This document shows positions 60,180 through 64,000 of a stretch of 64,000 nucleotides of DNA, piece after piece (the stretch's first letter is position 1; every line of letters begins with the position of its first letter). The notes under the pieces were generated by a model that saw only the letters and a list, made by a program, of their open reading frames with translations, was not told the origin of the DNA and did not search any database. The position numbers were made by a program, and so were the translations under genes. This DNA comes from a virus (taxonomy: Duplodnaviria > Caudoviricetes): positions 1 to 64,000 of IMG/VR virus record IMGVR_UViG_3300017780_003084; one strand, given 5' to 3'.

Positions 60180-60881
60180 ATGGCAATTAGACCAATAAAT
60201 AATGGTGGAAGTGGTAGTGGAGGTGGTGGAGCTGTTGCATCTCCTTACATGTATAACTTCTACAGCGATTTGATCGAACTCAATAGTGCGATGACAAGTT
60301 ACGGTGTAATCACTACAGTGTCATTATCAGGTGGGACTTGTGCCACTTTAATTGAAACAGGATATGATGGACAGTTTACCTTTACATCCTCAACTACAGC
60401 TATTTCAGGTGGTTCCCTTAGAATTGCTAACGGTAATATAACTCCGAGAGCAGGGGATATAACGCGATTATGGTTTAAAACTCCAGCGACAATGGACGCA
60501 AGCTCTGTTGTTAATTTTGGTTTTGCTGACTCTTTCTTGACATCACCACAGAATTTTGTTGGAATGCAATTGAGTGGAACTTCTTGTAGAGGTCTAGTTA
60601 TTACAGCAGGTGCGAGTACCCAAGCCAACAATCCAATCACATTAAGTCCTTCTACTCGTTATTGTGCAGAAGTTAAGTATACTTCAGACACTCAAGCTAG
60701 TATTAAGATATATAGCAATACAGATGGTAGTGAATTAAACTCAAGTAGCTTCACTGTAACTGTTACTCGCAGAGTTCCTATTATGGTAGCAGTTAATAGT
60801 GGCACAGTTGCTAAAGACATTATTATAGCAGATGCAATTGATCTTCGATTAGTAAAACGTGGAACTAAATTACCAGAGTGA
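60180..60881 (+). CDS. Virion-like protein (Gly linker followed by a lectin-like beta domain)
   Basis: GGSGSGGGG linker; Ser/Thr-rich beta strands. Confidence 0.55.
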   Translation: MAIRPINNGGSGSGGGGAVASPYMYNFYSDLIELNSAMTSYGVITTVSLSGGTCATLIETGYDGQFTFTSSTTAISGGSLRIANGNITPRAGDITRLWFKTPATMDASSVVNFGFADSFLTSPQNFVGMQLSGTSCRGLVITAGASTQANNPITLSPSTRYCAEVKYTSDTQASIKIYSNTDGSELNSSSFTVTVTRRVPIMVAVNSGTVAKDIIIADAIDLRLVKRGTKLPE

Positions 60882-60946
60882 TTTCGAGGGAAACCTCACA
60901 ACAGCAAATTTATCATACACATGGTAAATAATTTATAAGGGAAATT

Positions 60947-61987
60947 ATGAGTAATAATGTAGTAGTTCGTAATTTAACAGCAGGGGCAACTTATGTTGAT
61001 CTTCCGCCTAATGTAACCAAAGATGCTAGGATTGAGGTTACATTTCAAGACAATAAAAACGGGAATATTAAAGCAAAGCAAGATGCCAACAATCCATCTC
61101 GGTTACTTTTGAACACACCTCTACCTGCAGCTTGCTCTGTTGTTGTTGAGATAGAGCAAGATGAGTCTTTTAGCCCTTCTTATACAACTAAGGTTGCAGA
61201 CTATGATGCTTCTCGTGGTTATGTGCGAGGGGCTTTAGTTTTCAACAAAGGTCGTGTCTATCGAGCATGTAACGACATTCCATTAGGTGTTGTTTTCAAA
61301 ACATCGAATGTACCAAACGCAACAGGTCAGGTTTGGTACAATACAGCAGGTGACACTGGGACTGTTATTGAGTCTATTCTCAATCTTACAGTAAATGACG
61401 GATATTGGCAACTAGACGGTACAACAATTAACGCTCCTTGGTCTGCATTGCATACTGTAGCCACTCCAGACACTCGCCAAAAAGTATTAGTTGGAGCACA
61501 CTCAGGTTTAGCTTCTAATGATTACAGAAGTCCACTTCAATACTCTGGTTCTTCATCAATTCAATTAGCAGTATCTAACCTTCCAACTGGTAATTTTGGT
61601 GTCTCTATTCCTTCAGATGGTGGACATTACCCAAGTGGTTCTGTCTCAGTAAGTCAACATAATGCTTATAGATTACAAAGTTATCGCCAATTGACAAGCA
61701 ATAATAATGTAACTCCTTGGTTTCAAAAATCGTCCGATACAACAGGTAATCCTGATGGTGCTGGTGACAATGACGGTGGTGTATGGTGGAGACAATACCA
61801 CAGAGGTCGTGAGGATTATTTTGTTTATGCCGATGTTCCAGCACAAGGTCATTCTGCATCATTTAGTGGTAATTATGTGAATAATCATAGTCATTCGGGT
61901 GCTACGGTGACATTGAATGCAAACTCGGTTGCTCCTATCTCAGTAATGCAACCTCAAATGTCAATCAATCGCTACGTTCGTTTATAA
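60947..61987 (+). CDS. Tail-collar / short-fibre-like protein
   Basis: PDTRQKVLVG, SIQL..SNLP, HSHS, PISVMQP..SINRYVRL collar-type C-terminus. Confidence 0.65.
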   Translation: MSNNVVVRNLTAGATYVDLPPNVTKDARIEVTFQDNKNGNIKAKQDANNPSRLLLNTPLPAACSVVVEIEQDESFSPSYTTKVADYDASRGYVRGALVFNKGRVYRACNDIPLGVVFKTSNVPNATGQVWYNTAGDTGTVIESILNLTVNDGYWQLDGTTINAPWSALHTVATPDTRQKVLVGAHSGLASNDYRSPLQYSGSSSIQLAVSNLPTGNFGVSIPSDGGHYPSGSVSVSQHNAYRLQSYRQLTSNNNVTPWFQKSSDTTGNPDGAGDNDGGVWWRQYHRGREDYFVYADVPAQGHSASFSGNYVNNHSHSGATVTLNANSVAPISVMQPQMSINRYVRL

Positions 61988-62002
61988 TAATAAGGAGAAA
62001 AT

Positions 62003-63523
62003 ATGACAATTTACATTAAAGAAGTATTGGTGCGTCTTGCAAGTATTCCTTCTGCTGGCTCATACATCACGTTAGAAGTACCAGAAGGTACTGAAATTGG
62101 GGCAACTATTACCGTAATTTTTTCAGATGGTAGTGGCGGAAATCCTTCTGTAACCTCTTATACCAGAGTTGGTCAGTACATTACTGTAGAAGTCCCATCA
62201 GGGGTTGGTGAGGCAGGGTTAGTGATGCGAATCGAGCAAACATCTGATTTCCAAGATGACTCTGTAGGTATTCAGGAAGTTACAGTTGTTGCAACAAACA
62301 CCCTTAATGCTGGTAATAACGCTTCTGTCTCAGCAGATAATTCTGAGAAAGGCAAGGCAAAACTCACGTTTAACATTCCTAAAGGTAATACTGGTAAATC
62401 CGCTTACGAGCTTGCTGTCACAGCAGGTTTTGTGGGAACAGAAGCTGACTATTTAGCATCTTTAAAAGGTAAAGACGGGGTTAATGGTATTAACGGAACC
62501 AATGGTGTTGATGGTAAAGACGGTGTTGTAGGCAAGTCTAACTACGAGTTGGCGGTAGATTTAGGTTTTTCTGGTACTCAAGCTGAATACTTAGCATCTT
62601 TAAAAGGTGTCAAAGGTGATAGAGGTTTTACTGGAGATACGGGTTTGTCTGCCTACCAATTAGCTGTTAGTAATGGTTTTGTTGGAAGCGAATTAGACTA
62701 CTTAGTATCTTTAAACGGTGCAAAAGGGGATAAGGGTGATCGTGGCGCAGCAGGTGTCGATGGTAAGGATGGAGTTAGTATAGGTGGTTCTCGTTACGAC
62801 GAGTTGGCTGGTGGAACATTTTGGTGGATTCGTCCTCGCTATGTAAACAAACCAAACAATATTTATATTCCAGCAGAACAGAAGTATGTAGATGGAGCAG
62901 AATACACAACTAAGTTTGTTGTTGAAGATACACTGCATACAGACAATGGTGTATATATCCCTCCAACTGAACGATTGACATTATCTCATCACGGACAAGC
63001 TATTAGAGTTGTTCCAACAAATACACAAGCTTTCTCTGTAGCGTCAGTGGGACGTATCAATCATGCAGCTTGGAAGACTACATCAATGCGTACTTGTAAT
63101 TTCAAAGGTGCATATTTCGTAGAGATTGACCCTTCTGTGGTTTCTGCGCAAGGTATTACAAGCGCAAATCTTGGAGACATCGAGGTAAGTGTCTCTCCAG
63201 TTAATGCTTCGGGTTATGATGTAAAGTATAACTCTACTACAAATATTAGTATCAGTACGGAACGAGCCAAAGGTGTTCTTACTCCTATTTATATAGGTGC
63301 AATGAAAGACCCTGACGATGGTAAGGTTTACTTGTTATTCCGTCCAGTGACTTATGCAAAACGTAGAAATACTGCTACTGTAGAAGACGGAGCCTCTTGG
63401 GACGGTATTTCTGAGGGCGACGGTGAAGATGGCGGTTGGTTGTTGTATGATGAAGATGTACGTTGGTGGTCTACTAATGTTGCACAAGGGTTTCATTTTG
63501 TAGCAAAATTACGTAAACGTTAA
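62003..63523 (+). CDS. Collagen-like fibre protein
   Basis: Gly-X-Y runs and three G.SAY.LAV..GF.G...YL.SL.G repeats. Confidence 0.8.
   Translation: MTIYIKEVLVRLASIPSAGSYITLEVPEGTEIGATITVIFSDGSGGNPSVTSYTRVGQYITVEVPSGVGEAGLVMRIEQTSDFQDDSVGIQEVTVVATNTLNAGNNASVSADNSEKGKAKLTFNIPKGNTGKSAYELAVTAGFVGTEADYLASLKGKDGVNGINGTNGVDGKDGVVGKSNYELAVDLGFSGTQAEYLASLKGVKGDRGFTGDTGLSAYQLAVSNGFVGSELDYLVSLNGAKGDKGDRGAAGVDGKDGVSIGGSRYDELAGGTFWWIRPRYVNKPNNIYIPAEQKYVDGAEYTTKFVVEDTLHTDNGVYIPPTERLTLSHHGQAIRVVPTNTQAFSVASVGRINHAAWKTTSMRTCNFKGAYFVEIDPSVVSAQGITSANLGDIEVSVSPVNASGYDVKYNSTTNISISTERAKGVLTPIYIGAMKDPDDGKVYLLFRPVTYAKRRNTATVEDGASWDGISEGDGEDGGWLLYDEDVRWWSTNVAQGFHFVAKLRKR
62393..62719 (+). repeat. Three degenerate SAYELAV repeats interleaved with collagen triplets
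   Basis: Units start near 62393, 62531 and 62642. Confidence 0.85.
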
Positions 63524-63580
63524 TAAGTAGGATTATGCCAAGGACTAAACCTCCTTGGTATTTTTATTTTCACAAGGGGC

Positions 63581-63609
63581 TTGACAATAGCGTAAGTGTG
63601 GTTTATACT
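63581..63609 (+). promoter_or_regulatory. sigma70-type promoter immediately after the terminator at 63547-63582
   Basis: TTGACA-17-TATACT. Confidence 0.75.
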
Positions 63610-63639
63610 TCATATTATAAGTAAATAAGCAGGAGATGT

Positions 63640-64000
63640 ATGAGCGACGTAGATAATTCAGTAGGAGAGATAGTACGGACAGGTGTTCAGAGTAAGAAGA
63701 ATCCTATTACTGTTTTCAAAAGGGCTTTGAACAAACATAGCAAAACGGCAATTGATTATTTAGCTTCTATTATGGATGACCCATCAGCTTCTAGGAAAGA
63801 TCGTATGGAAGCTTCTAAAGAGTTACTAAAATTACATGCAGATATGCTGAAAGCAGAATCAACTGAGAAAGCCCGTAATAAGGAATTTGCAGCAAAACAT
63901 CATGAGTTGCTTGTAGGGATACAGCGTAATGGTGGTGTTATTGTGGATGATAATGATGAAGACGATGAAAGTCAACCACTTTTAGATTTTGAAAATATCA
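63640..64000 (+). CDS. Probable terminase small subunit, 3'-truncated
   Basis: RBS AGGAG; helical, AIDYLASIMDD....DRMEASKELL motif and acidic tail; position at the head of the late arm. Confidence 0.55.
   Translation, partial: MSDVDNSVGEIVRTGVQSKKNPITVFKRALNKHSKTAIDYLASIMDDPSASRKDRMEASKELLKLHADMLKAESTEKARNKEFAAKHHELLVGIQRNGGVIVDDNDEDDESQPLLDFENI

Noticed and set aside
481-62938. Numerous 60-135 aa antisense ORFs in the track (e.g. 6263-6532, 17137-17475, 26340-26744, 36411-36719, 52763-53131, 60299-60640)
   Set aside because: They are shadows of well-supported genes on the opposite strand, with no RBS or promoter.
1-64000. tRNA/tmRNA cluster, CRISPR array, reverse transcriptase (DGR/retron), group I/II intron, intein
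   Set aside because: By eye I found no cloverleaf/T-loop motifs, no regularly spaced repeats, no YxDD RT and no interruptions in nrdA, polB, primase-helicase or ligase. A formal tRNAscan/Infernal run is still advisable.
1-64000. Stop-codon reassignment
   Set aside because: Conserved enzymes are full length in the standard code, and TAA, TAG and TGA all end genes.

Overview
This is 64 kb of an AT-rich, apparently lytic tailed dsDNA phage (Caudoviricetes) of a Gram-negative host. No integrase, repressor cassette, tRNA, CRISPR array or reverse transcriptase was seen. Layout: (+) end of the tail operon and lysis cassette (1-5.2 kb). (-) Long nucleotide-metabolism and replication arm with RNR alpha/beta, glutaredoxin, MazG-like protein, metallophosphoesterase, PAPS-reductase-family protein, exonuclease, T7-type SSB, Dam-like MTase, DUF5664, family-B polymerase, primase-helicase, ligase, ThyX, SleB and a serine resolvase (5.2-39 kb). 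(+) Small accessory operon with an SGNH lipoprotein (39.2-41.5 kb). Then a ~6 kb block of tiny early-type genes bracketed by two non-coding, palindrome-rich regions, which I infer to be the long terminal repeat / first-injected DNA (41.6-47.8 kb). (-) Accessory arm with a Hef-like endonuclease, a second MTase, NADAR, ClpP-like protease and PhoH (47.8-59.7 kb). (+) Extra fibre genes and a probable small terminase (59.9-64 kb). The most unusual signals cluster in the 41.6-47.8 kb block: a dedicated promoter class (TTGACA-N18-GATGAT), a ~270 nt structured leader RNA with a possible pseudoknot, two diverged copies of a 16-17 aa micropeptide conserved through synonymous changes, and a non-coding array of host-protein-like binding sites (three perfect DnaA boxes, two GntR/PdhR-type operators, two parS half-sites). 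All functional calls come from motif recognition by eye; no database searches were run.
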